DNA of 64,000 bases from Lama guanicoe (Eukaryota). The notes under the pieces are model-generated. The model saw only the letters and a program-made list of their open reading frames with translations. It did no database searches and had not been told where the DNA came from. The position numbers and the translations under genes were made by a program. Location of the stretch: the NCBI GenBank assembly GCA_013239625.1, contig MU054049.1, positions 1,553,892-1,617,891 on the forward strand, given 5' to 3'. Positions 40,935 to 52,462 of this stretch are shown here, in pieces (position 1 is the first letter of the stretch; every line of letters starts with the position of its first letter).

Positions 40935-41480
40935 AGGTAATATTTGTTGCGTGTCTCACATTTGCCAAATCTCTTAAGAGGTATTACCTTCTGTAATCCT
41001 CACAGCACCCTTGACAGAAGAACTGCTGGGATCCTCGTTTCACAGACGGGAGATGCACAGGATCTCAGAGCTGCTGGGTGAGACCCTGGCAGTCTGATTC
41101 CATGGCCTGTGATTTCTAATCCTACGCCACACATCACCTCCTTAAGTAACGCTGGTGAGCTCTGGACACACTGTGTTTAGAAATTAGATATACAGCCATA
41201 TTATGTATGTATATTTTTTAAGTTAGAGTCAGAAAACAAACTCTAAGTAATAATAACAACTAACAGTTACTGATGCTCACTGTGTGCTGGGCACTGCTTT
41301 AAGTGTTTGTACGCATTTAATAATTTCATCCTTCCTGAGACAGATACCACTCTTAGTTTCTTTCACAGGGAAAGGAAGGTAGGCAGGGACAGGTGAAGCA
41401 GCCTGCCCAAGGTCACCAGCCTGCCCAAGGTCACCAGTGTGAAGCTTCAAACCCAGTCTGCGTTCCTAACTGCTGTATAA
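40935..41480 (-). mobile_element. Two degraded MIR copies (~40935-41130 and ~41255-41480)
   Basis: TAATCCTCACAGCACCCT...TTTCACAGA; GCTCACTGTGTGCTGGGCACTGCTTTAAGTG...CCTGCCCAAGGTCAC. Confidence 0.6.
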
Positions 41481-41867
41481 TCTTGCCTCTGAATAAAGTA
41501 TTTTCAAACTTCCTAAAATCACCCCCTTTCTCATAGCACCAGCCAAAAGGTTCATAATCACCTCTTTAAATGCTATCCAATGAAAACAGCTGTCCAAGAG
41601 CAAATCAAATTCTGAGACTTCAGTCTAAATTTGTCTTAAACAATGTCAGTACTGAAGTCTAAGGAGGGAAAAGATGGCCTCCATCTCTGTACATAACGGA
41701 ATTCCTTCCCCACCTTGATGCTGCACAGGGTGAGTCAAAACTCACCCTTCCCTGGACACCTGCCAACTTTTCCAAGTAACAATAAAGCCAGCTTAGCAGT
41801 TCTTTCGGCTACAGATAATCTGGGCTGAACAAATACCTAAGATACACTCATCAGACAAACCAATACA

Positions 41868-42365
41868 CAAGCATCCGTCAGAGATACTGTGGGTTTGGTT
41901 CCAGACCACCGCAACAAAGCGGATATTGTGATAAAGCTGGTCACGTGAACTGCGTGGTTGCCCAGTGCACGTAAAAATTATGTTTACACAGCACTGTAGT
42001 CTATTAAGTATGCAACAGCATTATGTCTAGAAAAACAATGTACATACCTTAATTGAAAAATACTTTATTGCTAAAACAACGCTAATCATCATCTGAGCCT
42101 TCAGGGAGTCCTCTCTCTTTGCCAAAGTAACATCAAAGATCACTGATCACAGATCACCATAACAAACATACTAATAACGAAAACGTCTGAAATGTTGTGA
42201 GAACTACCTGCATGTGACACAGAGACATGAGGTGAGCAAATGCTGTTGGCAAAGTGGCACTGAGAGACTTGCTTGTGGCAGGGTTGCGACAAACCTTCAA
42301 TTTGCAAAAAACTCCGTATCTGGGAAGCGAGATAAAGCAAAACGCAGTCAGAGGACGTCTGCCGC
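41868..42365 (-). mobile_element. Internally deleted Tigger1 (TcMar) DNA transposon derivative
   Basis: Both Tigger1 ends are recognisable (GGTTCCAGACCACCGCAA...; ...CACTGATCACAGATCACCATAACA...GCAGGGTTGCGACAAACCTTCAATTTG), joined in ~500 bp with no transposase ORF. Confidence 0.85.
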
Positions 42366-45300
42366 TACTCAAATGCCTACACCAACCCACAAGAAAGGAA
42401 AATATAACTATTAGGGGCAGTTGTCAAAAATTAGTAGCCTGAGATCATATATTAATAAAATGAACATGCCGTCTCCAAAACCTCAAGGAAGTCACATTAT
42501 TTTGCTGCTTGAAATTCACAACTGACCCTACTGCTCTGTATTCATTTTTACGTTGCAAGGGCCACCAAGCCCGGAGCAGTTCAGATCTGCACTGATTGTG
42601 AGGGAAAAGTCACACATCATACAGTTACATTGTTCTTAATATAAGGTGAAATTTTAATCTCAGGACCATCCTCCGCTTATTGCAATATCCATGAAAGAAA
42701 TTCTACAGTAGAAGCATAGTGAGTACAATTTGATTTTTAAAAATATATTCAAGGCACCAAGCTGGGTATTTAATATAGTTTGCATTTCTGTGGTGCAATA
42801 GGTTTTCTATTTCAGACAGCTAAGACTCCCTTACAGATTAGTCTAATTTGCTAAATTGAGATACTCGGGGTTTTACTTTTCTTATCTGCCTGTTTACGGT
42901 CTATCTGGGTGGACTTAATTGGCACATCTGAGCAGATGAAATACCCTCAGTTAGGAGTCCAGATCTCACAGAGTAAATTAAGACTGATGCAGACAATTAT
43001 GCACTGGAGCTGAGGACGAGGGGCGTGTGCACAGCGAGGGGCAGAATTAGTCTTCATTTGTGTCTTAGCTTCGTCATTTAAAAGAAGTCAAGATGCTCTC
43101 TAAGAAAACTCCTTAAGGGAGCTAACTTTTTCTTCTCTCTTTAAAATATAGATTTCTAGGGGGGAAAAAAAAGAAAAAAAGAAAAAGAATATAGCTTTAT
43201 TTCTTGAGAAAGAAATTAACTCCCAGAAACTGATGATATGAACAATCTTCAAATAATTAATTATATTTAGGTTTCCAGATCAAATCCAGATTGAACTTTT
43301 ACTAAATTCAGATTTTTAGAGTTCAGATGATTTGGGTTACAAAAAAAAAGGTACAAGCAAGCAAGCTCTAATGTCATTTGCCTAAGTGTGACCTCAGTCT
43401 GCGTCCAGTGCAAACACAGATCCAACTGGAGGATTAACATGGGATAATCTCAACGCAAAGGGAGCGGCTCTTGGCAAAAGGAAGAGAAAGAGGTTCCATG
43501 AAGACAGTAAAGTGGAAAGTGGTTCCAGGGGGCATGGCCTTTAGCAGCGTTTCTAGCAAGGAATGGGACCCACAGAAGCGTGGGGTCGGTCCCCATCAGG
43601 TGATGGGAGAGACCAGTCACCGAGGCGATGCTCTCCGCGCGTCCACTGCACCAGACCAAGCTGACAGAGCACACTCCCTCCTGCCCCGAACCGCCGTCAG
43701 GCCCCTCCCCTTTTCCAGGCTTCTCCACTGACTGTCATCTCAGGCAGATTACTTCAGCTTCCTTGGGTTCCCATCTCCGAGGGGGTTGTGAGGACTAAAC
43801 CAACAGGCCTGTATAAAGGGAAGCATGGCCCAGTGGCGGGCACTCAGTACCATCAGGTCTCTGTTCTAACACAAAATCCTCCCACCCCCAACGGACGCCA
43901 CCCTTGCTCAGGCTCCACATTTCCAAACTCAAGAGACTTTTTTCAACATGTATCCTCCTTGGCTTGACCCCACTCGGCACCTGAAAATACTGATAGCCTT
44001 GCCCTCCTAGAACTATGCATGTATACAGCCAAACCCTCCAAACAGGGGTCCAGCCCGCCCTCGGCCACAGAAGCCACAGGGCTCAAGGGAGAGGATGATG
44101 AGGATAATCTTCTCCCAGATGATGAAGCTTAGAAGATATTCTGTAAGATTTACACAATGAATGGAGCCCATCAGCCCTTCTTAAGTCAAAGTTATTCACG
44201 TTAAATAAAGTAAAAAATGGCCCACTGTAAATCAATACACTTCAATTAAAAAAGAAAAAAAGAACAACCAGCATATTAAAAAAAAAAAAAGAATGGGGCA
44301 AAAGAAAAACCTTTAATGTCAAAATGTATTAACAACCAACAGGCATCACGACTACAGATCAGGTTACGCCACACCATGAGGCAAATGCTATCCCCATCCA
44401 CTCCGGACTTGTCACACCGGACTTGTCAGGTTTTCCAGACTCCCTAGCAATCACCCCAAATCTTCACCCAGCTGGTTCGGGTTGGGGTTTGGTTTCCAAT
44501 CCAGGAAAGTAGAGGCAGCTATGTCCTGATTCTTGGCACCACCTTGTGGCCATATCTAGATATTGCCCATTACACCCAATTTCGCAAATGAAAGGAAAGT
44601 GATATTTACATAACCATGTCCTGGCTTCAAATCCCAGCTCTACTCCTTTAAACAGTGAGATCATGGGCAGGCTGATCAACCTGAAAGGGCCAAGACAGTG
44701 TGTTTGTACAGCCTACTATAAATGTAACAACTGAAAGATATATACACACAGGATCAAAGACTGGAATGAACTGTAGAAAAGTAACCAAAAAAAGAGGTGT
44801 AAGTAGTTTTTTCATCTTAGTATTATCATAATTTCACTATTGAAAAACAAAGGAATCATCAGAAGTGAAAGATGGGGGGCAGGGTGTGGAAACCCTGCCT
44901 ACTAGGAGGTACCACCTCAAATCCGTTTCAGGCTGGGACTCAGAGTACCAGGTAATCTGAGCAGACTCAGTTCCTGAACTCTACTGTGTTTCACTGACTG
45001 GGGATGGGGTGGTGGTGATTGATTCCAGTTCCAAGCTAACTCTGGGCTACAGATGAGCATTCCATCCCCAAATCCCAACATCCTTTACCAACCATTCTTC
45101 CCAACCTCTTCAAAGGTTTCCTAAATGGGAACACAGTGAGGGCCTATGATAATTCAGAATCAGTGGGAGCTCGATCAAAGAACATGTGCAGTGTCCACGT
45201 CCTCCTGCCCCAGGCTGAGCCCTGAAGATGCTCCCTGGTGATTCTGAAGCACACACCCTGCCAAGAACAAGACGACCCATTACACACAGCACGGAGCCGA

Positions 45301-45462
45301 ATAAACTGACCCCAAGCTTCCTCCCCAGGCCCCCTCCTATGTAAACATCATTGTGCAGAATACATAAAAGAGGATTTTAAAGAAAATGATATACAAACTG
45401 AATCTGCCAAAGGCTACACCCTCAGAAAGGAAAAGAATATATAAAACCAACCTACATACGTC

Positions 45463-45620
45463 AAGTAGTTCCCAAACTTGACAGTGCATCAGACTCATCT
45501 GGGAAAGCCTTCGTACATCACTGCCTGGGAGCCCCATGCAGACTTCTTGAATCAGCACCTCTGAGGGTGGGGTTCCCAGGTGATTCTGCACAACGAGCCC
45601 ATGGGCTGGGAACCTTTGCT
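45463..45620. mobile_element. MER5-family hAT element (a second degraded copy is likely at ~45110-45280)
   Basis: AGTAGTTCCCAAACTT...GCATCAGACTCATCTGGG...TGAATCAGCACCTCTG...CCCAGGTGATTCTG. Confidence 0.65.
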
Positions 45621-48410
45621 TTAGTCTACACTTGTCACCAGGGAAATACAGGCTGTTAGGTTAGCAACTTAAACAGCAACGGCTGGCAAATGGAAGCAGA
45701 AAGAAGAGCTTCAAGGTATGGGTTTAAGTCAACGTACAAACACTGACCCTCGCCGCGCCACCAGGAGACAACTTATTTGGAAATGCATCCTCTCCTTCAG
45801 GATGTCACCTGATCTAACGCCCCAAGTCTGACCCAAGCAGTGCTGAGCCCTGCTGGGGAAAGAGGCAAGAGCTGGCGACCTTTTTCTGTTTGCATTAGGT
45901 CTCAAGTTTGGCAAATAGCTGGCGTAAGTGCCGCCGCGCTGCACTGTGGTCCCCGTGCCACGGCAGACATCACCAGTGCGCTGTGGTGCTGCATCCCAGG
46001 GAACCCAAACAGGCCTCAGCTCCCCTGAACAGCCTACCAGCAGAATGGTTTGCTTCTAAGAAGTGGTCCATCCATGATGGTGCATTATCAGAGGTGTGAG
46101 AATCAGCGAACACCACTGGGGAGACAGCCTCCAAACGCAACAGGACAGAAAAGGAAGCAGGATAAAAATGTGGGAAAGGCAAAATACACAGGCAGCGTAG
46201 AAGATGGTTCAAACTTCCAAGACTGCTCCGAGGTGTGGGGCTAAATCAGAGAACGCAGGATCATACGTGCTATTACTCAGATCCAGAAAAGGTCAGGCTG
46301 CAGAAAAGGCTTGATAGGAAATTCCCCCTGAGGATCAGCTAAAACCACAATGCCTAGTTAGGTCTACCCTAGAGCTAACGAGAGACCTCATACTCTCCAG
46401 CTGAGAGAATAAAACAGACAAGATGTCCAAGAGTCGCCCATTTCCACTTTCAAGAGTTCAAAACAGCATTACAATTAGCAGAGCTATACCCAATATATAT
46501 ATTTAAGTTCAAAAGGTAACTAGCCTGGGTACACATTCCTAAATTCTAACCATAAGGAAAAACTCATTTTCTATGTTGTAAACTATATATGGGGCTTTTT
46601 TCTGCTCATCCATCACCAAACCACTGCTAAGAAATCCTGAAGTGTTTTTTCTTTACTCAAGGGAATATCATTATAATTTCACTCTGTCTACAAAGATCAA
46701 CAAGAAATAGAATATAGAATGATTGGCAGTTTTAAAATATTCTTCATATGCTTCTCAATCCTAAGCATTTTATTTTTTTTTTAACATCCCCCAATCCATG
46801 CAGTACCCAAGGAGATGCAGCATAAACACTTCAGTGTGGATATCTGCAGTTTAACAACTGTCTTATAAAAGGAGCTACTGTATTTTGTATTACTGTATTT
46901 GTACAATTAGACTTATTGATATTTTGGAAATTCATTTGAGACTCTACTCCAACTTGAGCAAAAAACTAGCATATGACATGGCTTTGGCAATAACAGTTTT
47001 ACAATTTTAACATTATTAAGAAAAACTTATTTCAGGAATTTAAACTAAGCCTGTATTTAAAATTCAATCAAAATAAACTGCTCTTGATCGCAATACTGAT
47101 ATACGTAAAATATGTTTAATATTGACTCAACTTAATGGGAAGAATATTCGTTCCGTTTATAATCAATATGTGGAGATTAACACTTTTATTAATTCTCTAC
47201 AGTAGTTAAGAAAAAGACTGACACCATTTACTGTCCAAGAGTACTGAGCAATATCCCTTGGACAACTTTATAGATGTTAAATGTGCAAAATAACATCACA
47301 GTTGCAATGAGAGATGACAAACATTAAGCCACTCCTCAACTCGGTCTCACTGGACAAGGTACCACTACAATCTGAGTGTAACAGCTCTAGGGAACTGGAT
47401 TTAGGATGCAGGCCCTCAAATGATTTGTGAAAAGAACTACACTGCATCTGCTTCTAAAAGGTCAGGGAATGTACAGAGCAGCCTGGATGTAATGCATCAG
47501 CACTTCTAAATAGCAGAAGATGCCAGGTCAATCTCTACTCACGAAGGCCAGGGGAAAGCTACAAGAATTATAATAAACCAGGTCTCCTGACACTGAGAAA
47601 CAACAAAAAACTGGCGAGGATTGGGGAAAAGCCATCCTGGAGCAAATATTTTAAAAGTTATCCATTAAGCAGATTCTCCCATCCCTCCGAGTTTCTCAGC
47701 GCTCTTAGTAAGCCGAAGTGTCCCAGTGGAGAAACCTACACAGACTGGTTTTCTTGGCTCATAGAAAACGTGTGGCCACACGCGATGCCGACTTCATGAA
47801 CAAACATGTTCGCCTCCCTTTTATCTCACACCCTATACTGATAAAGTCACGGAAGGAGGTCAAAGTTAGTCTCTAGCATTAAAAAAGACAGGGAGCAGGA
47901 AGGGTGTGTGGTGCCTACCAGGCCTGTTTCCAGCACAATATGGTTTATAATTCTGTAGAGAACTCCTTTTTCAAGACAAGGAAGGAGGGATTTAGGAAAG
48001 CAAGCTTATTCTTTCATACACGAGAGCTTCTATTTCAGCTCTTTTCTGAAGGAAAGTCTCCTAAAATTCCTCTCACCCAGCACACACTGCATTTGCCAAC
48101 CTCCTCCCTCCCCTGACCCTGCAGCGAGGCCCCACCAGCTGTGTAAAGGCACACAGCTCACGCCCTGGTCCTCTGCCTGCCTCTTGCCCCAGCCCCTCAT
48201 CTTTTCTTCTTAGACTTGCCCCCAAATGTGAATGAAGACCCAGAAAGTGAAGCATTGGGGGTGAGCCCCATCGAGGGCTCAGGGGCTCTGATGGTTCCAG
48301 CAGGCTAGGGCTGCAGGGTCCCCAACCTGGGGATGAACGGGGACCAGAGCTCTCTATTCGTAAACCTACCACCGACGGTAAAGCAAGCAGTCCTGTCCTT
48401 GCAGACTCAC

Positions 48411-49119
48411 CTTAACCGCTGCTTATAATAATCTTCATCTCCGTCATCTCGGCGTCTCACTACTTTCCGACCTCCTCCTCCTCCGCCTGCAGCGTCAGCT
48501 TCCTCCCCGGAACTCGGGAAAAAGTCATCATCGATCTCCTGCTCTGTGACTTTCTTTTGCCGTTTCCCGCGACTGAGCACCGGCCCCGGATCACAGTCGG
48601 TGCCCTCCCCCGACAGGTCGGCCTCCTCGCGCTCCTCCTCGGTGGGCAAGTACTCGGACTCCTCACCCTCAGAGTCGCCCTCTGCCCTCAGCCTCGCGTC
48701 AGACCCCAAGGGTCTCCTTCCCTTTGGCAGCCCCACTTGCCCCTGCAGCTGACGAGCCCTCTTCTGGAGTTTCCTGATGTGCTTTTTCAAGCGCTTATCT
48801 GTTTTCGAGAGAACTTTGCTGCTCTCGTTGGGTTTTTCACTGAGTGTTGAGCTCAGTTCAGAAGTGACCGGGGCCGCAGCTTTTCTAGCTGCTCTTTTAT
48901 TACGAGCTTGCTTCTTTCTTTCAAAGGACAGCTTTGCTTGATCTGCCAGATACTTCTCAAAGCCTGATGCTTCATTGAGCATTAGTTTCCTGGGCTTCTT
49001 CTCCTGCTTCTGAGGGATCTGGGTACCAAAAGGTGTCATCTGGCCAGTGCGGACGAGCTCCTCCCAGGCGGTCTCCTGAGCGGGCATGAGCATGCTGCCG
49101 AGGCAGGACGGCCCCGCGT
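48411..49119 (-). CDS. ERCC6: ERCC6 exon 5 (709 nt; [17 protein letters not shown], acidic region, [13 protein letters not shown])
   Basis: Within ORF 48407..49201. Acceptor CTTTCAG, donor AAG|GTGAGT. Confidence 0.97.
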
Positions 49120-49590
49120 CTGAAAGAGGGATGACAGTGCGTTGGGCACAAACACAAAATTTTCCAGGAGAACAACAGATGTATGCATTTATTCTATACA
49201 CAGATTTAAAAAAAAATCACTGATGTACTAAAGCATATTATATGTAAAGAACAGCATGAAATTTACTGTAGCATTCATGGCACATTTAATATACTCCTAT
49301 TCAAAAAGGTAACTAACTTCTCAGGAACTTTTCCCAAAGCAATGCACTATAAATATACTCTCTGTGCATCCAAAGATAGACTTAGCCATATGCAACATAC
49401 AGAGAGAAATTTTGTTGTTTCCTTATCAATTAAAGAGCAGCCCTTGAGGAAGCATTCTCCCAAGTTTCCACATTACTGCTTATACACCAGCATTCAGATG
49501 GACTTAAATTCAAGAGACGGGAGTGTCTGAAAACAGACATCAAAAAGAATCAGCATGCCCATAAAGGGGTAAAATATAAATGTTTGCTTT

Positions 49591-49778
49591 GCACTGTCCA
49601 ACAGGATAGTCACCGTGTGGCTATTTAAATACAAGTTGAAAACTCATTTTCTCAGTTGCACTGGCCATATTCCAAGTGCTCAGTAGCCATATGTGGCTAA
49701 ATGCTACTACAATGGACAACACAGACAGACAGCATTTCCATTACTCCTAGAAGGTCTACTGGACCGCACCGTGCTAGA
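49591..49778 (-). mobile_element. MER3/MER33-family hAT element
   Basis: GCACTGTCCAA...TCAGTTGCACTGGCCATATTCCAAGTGCTCAGTAGCCATATGTGGCTA...GAAGGTCTACTGGAC. Confidence 0.75.
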
Positions 49779-50009
49779 TGCGTGAGGTTAATAACCGAAG
49801 GGATGAACTGAAATTGGAAGTGATGCCCTAACAATGTAAAGCCACCCAGAAATCATTCCTCTTTCATTAGTTGAAATTAATCTCTGGCAAAATCACTTTA
49901 CCCAAAGCCAAAAATACCCAAAGAAGTAAGGATTCACAGGAAGGAAGCCTTATTTTTAAATCTACATTTCTTACAGACCAGTAATACCACAGTGCAGTTT
50001 TTCATTAAA

Positions 50010-51085
50010 TGTGCAGTAACGAAAGACATATATCAGAAAGTGTACAAATCCTAAGTGTCCAACTCAATGAATTTTCAGAAGAAAAAGAAAAACACACCTG
50101 TACACCAGCATCCAGATCAAGCAGCATAAATTACTAGGACCCCCAGATATGCCCTTCATGGCACCTCCCGGCTTCTACTCCACAAAATAGCGACTGATCT
50201 ATTAACACTATGGACAAGTTGCACCTGGCTTTGAACTTAATGGAAACGGAAATGTTTGTACTTGTGCCTGGCTTTTGTTCAACACTAGGCTTGTGAGATT
50301 CACACCTGTTGAACACGGCTGCAGTCTGTTAATCCTCATTGCTGTCAGCATTCTGTTACATAACTCTACTACAATTTTTCCATCCCATTGTTAATGGACA
50401 TTTGGGTAGTTTCCAGGTTTTGACTAATAGGAATAACACGGCTATGAGTATCCTGGTACACATCCTTTGGCAACATTATGTATATAATTCTTCAGATACA
50501 TTAAGCTTTAGTAGACGCTACCCAACAGATTTCCAAAAGTGGTCCTATCAGTTTTAACTTCCATCAACAGCGTTTGAGAGTTTCAACTGGTCCACATTCT
50601 TTCTGTTCCATTTTAGCATATTTAGTAGGTATGTCGTAGCACCACTTTGTAGCTGTAATCTGCATTTCCCTAATGACTAATGAATTAGGGAGACTTTTCA
50701 TAGATTTATTAATCTTTTGGACAGCCTCTTTAGAGGAAAATGTTCAAGTCTTTTGCCCGTTTTTCTCATATGCAGTCTGCCTTTAAAAAAAAAAACTTCA
50801 AGGAGTTCTTCATACATTCTGGATTCAAGTCCTTTGATACAGATTCTGCGAACATCTTCTCCCACTCTGCAGCTGCCTTTTCACTCTCTTAGCGCTATCT
50901 TTTGATGAACAGAAATTTTAGTTGTAACATAGTTTGTTCATCGAAATTCTTCCTTTACAGTGGGCATTTCTGTGCTTTGCTAAATCTTTGCCCCCAGATC
51001 ATGAAAGTGTTTTCCTATGTTATATTCTAACAGCTTTGTTTTATGTTGAGATCTACAATCCATTTGGAATTTATTTTTGTACAGG
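50010..51085 (-). mobile_element. Old L1 (L1ME/MC-type) 3' end, antisense to plus strand
   Basis: AAAGTGTACAAATCCTAAGTGT...ATGGACATTTGGGTAGTTTCCAGGTTTTG...TGCATTTCCCTAATGACTAATGA...ATCCATTTGGAATTTATTTTTGTA. Confidence 0.8.
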
Positions 51086-52350
51086 AGTCTGAGGTGTTGG
51101 CTGGAGCCCCAATGGAGAGACATAATGGGAACCAGGAATCAGGAAAAGGGCGAGGCAAAGGTCTCCGGATTTGTAAGATACTAGAACCCAAGTGGCCACA
51201 AAAGTCACAGGGAATGGATGAGATTATCTGGGGAAGGGCAGTAGAAGCAGAAGAGGGCTCAGCAAGAAATCCTGAGAATAATCAACATTTACGATAAGCC
51301 CAGAAAAGCTGGTCAAAATTAACTAAACAGAAATGGTCAGAGGGCTGAAGGGGAAACCAGGAGAGAGACATGGATCCTGGAAGGCACGGAAGGACCAGCT
51401 CCTACAGACACGCCACGTGGAACTTCTGGATTTGGGGAAGTAACAATTAATCCTGGGCCAAGTTTTACCAAATAAGCAACAGGAACTGAAAGACAGCAGC
51501 TAGTTTTAGGTAGCCAGACAGGAACAAAGTTTTTTACCAATGAGAAATGTGGTATTTCAGCAGCAGAAAATATTGGTCATATGCCCAGTGAATTCTAAGA
51601 CTGAACTTTAATTTATAGCACATTTTCCATCACCTCAATTAATTCTTCACAATTCTTTTGTCTTACTGAATAGACTTCTGGAGCTAGCAGAAAGTATTTG
51701 CTTGAAGGGCTTAAATGCTAAGAAGTCTTAATCTATATTTCAGGTAGTAAATAACTGAGCAGCTACACACAATTTCTAAACACACATACACACTGACTAC
51801 AAAGATTTCACTTTCATGATTTTCCCAAAAGGTTTTCCAAAAGACAGCCATCCAGGAGACAGTGATATAAACAAAATCATGGCCCTGGAATATAACCTGG
51901 ATTAAGACACCTTTTCTTAACAGAACTGACGCTTGGAAAGCCTACGAAATATGTCCCAAAAAGGTATGTGAAAGCAACTCTATGAATGGATGGTGACAAA
52001 TGATGCTGGGTCTACAAAATATAATTTAATCAAAATGCTAGTTATCTTTATGAAATTAATTATACAAGAATATTAAGATTCCTAGTTTTTTAAACATCAT
52101 ACTAAATGTGCACCAGCAGCCTCTATTGGACTGAGTTAAAAATTCACTTTCATTCCCTAAAACCCCTTAAGACTTAAAAGAGGTTTGGTTCTACAACTGT
52201 AGAGAATAAAATTTTCCCATTTCTGTTTTGACACTAAGTAAAAAAACGTATTTTTCCCACATCCAGGCCGGGACTGAAGAGAGACCCTCCAGTGGTTAGA
52301 GGCATCGAGCCTCAGTGCAGGAACAGAGACACTGTTCCCAGTCCCCTCAC

Positions 52351-52462
52351 CTGCCTCCTCCTCCTCCAGACTGGCATGCTCTATTTCAACTCTGACCTCT
52401 GCTCCTCCAAGGATGGCCTGGAGACGTTTCTGTTTTGCTATGATCTTCTTTAGTTGTTGTTC
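52351..52462 (-). CDS. ERCC6: ERCC6 exon 4 (112 nt; [37 protein letters not shown])
   Basis: Within ORF 52157..52522. Acceptor TTTCAG, donor CAG|GTGAGG. Confidence 0.95.

Noticed and set aside
44222..44290. CACTGTAAATCAATACACTTCAATTAAAAAA plus A-runs
   Set aside because: Probably a tiny 5'-truncated L1 3' tail, but too short and the TSD too ambiguous to call.
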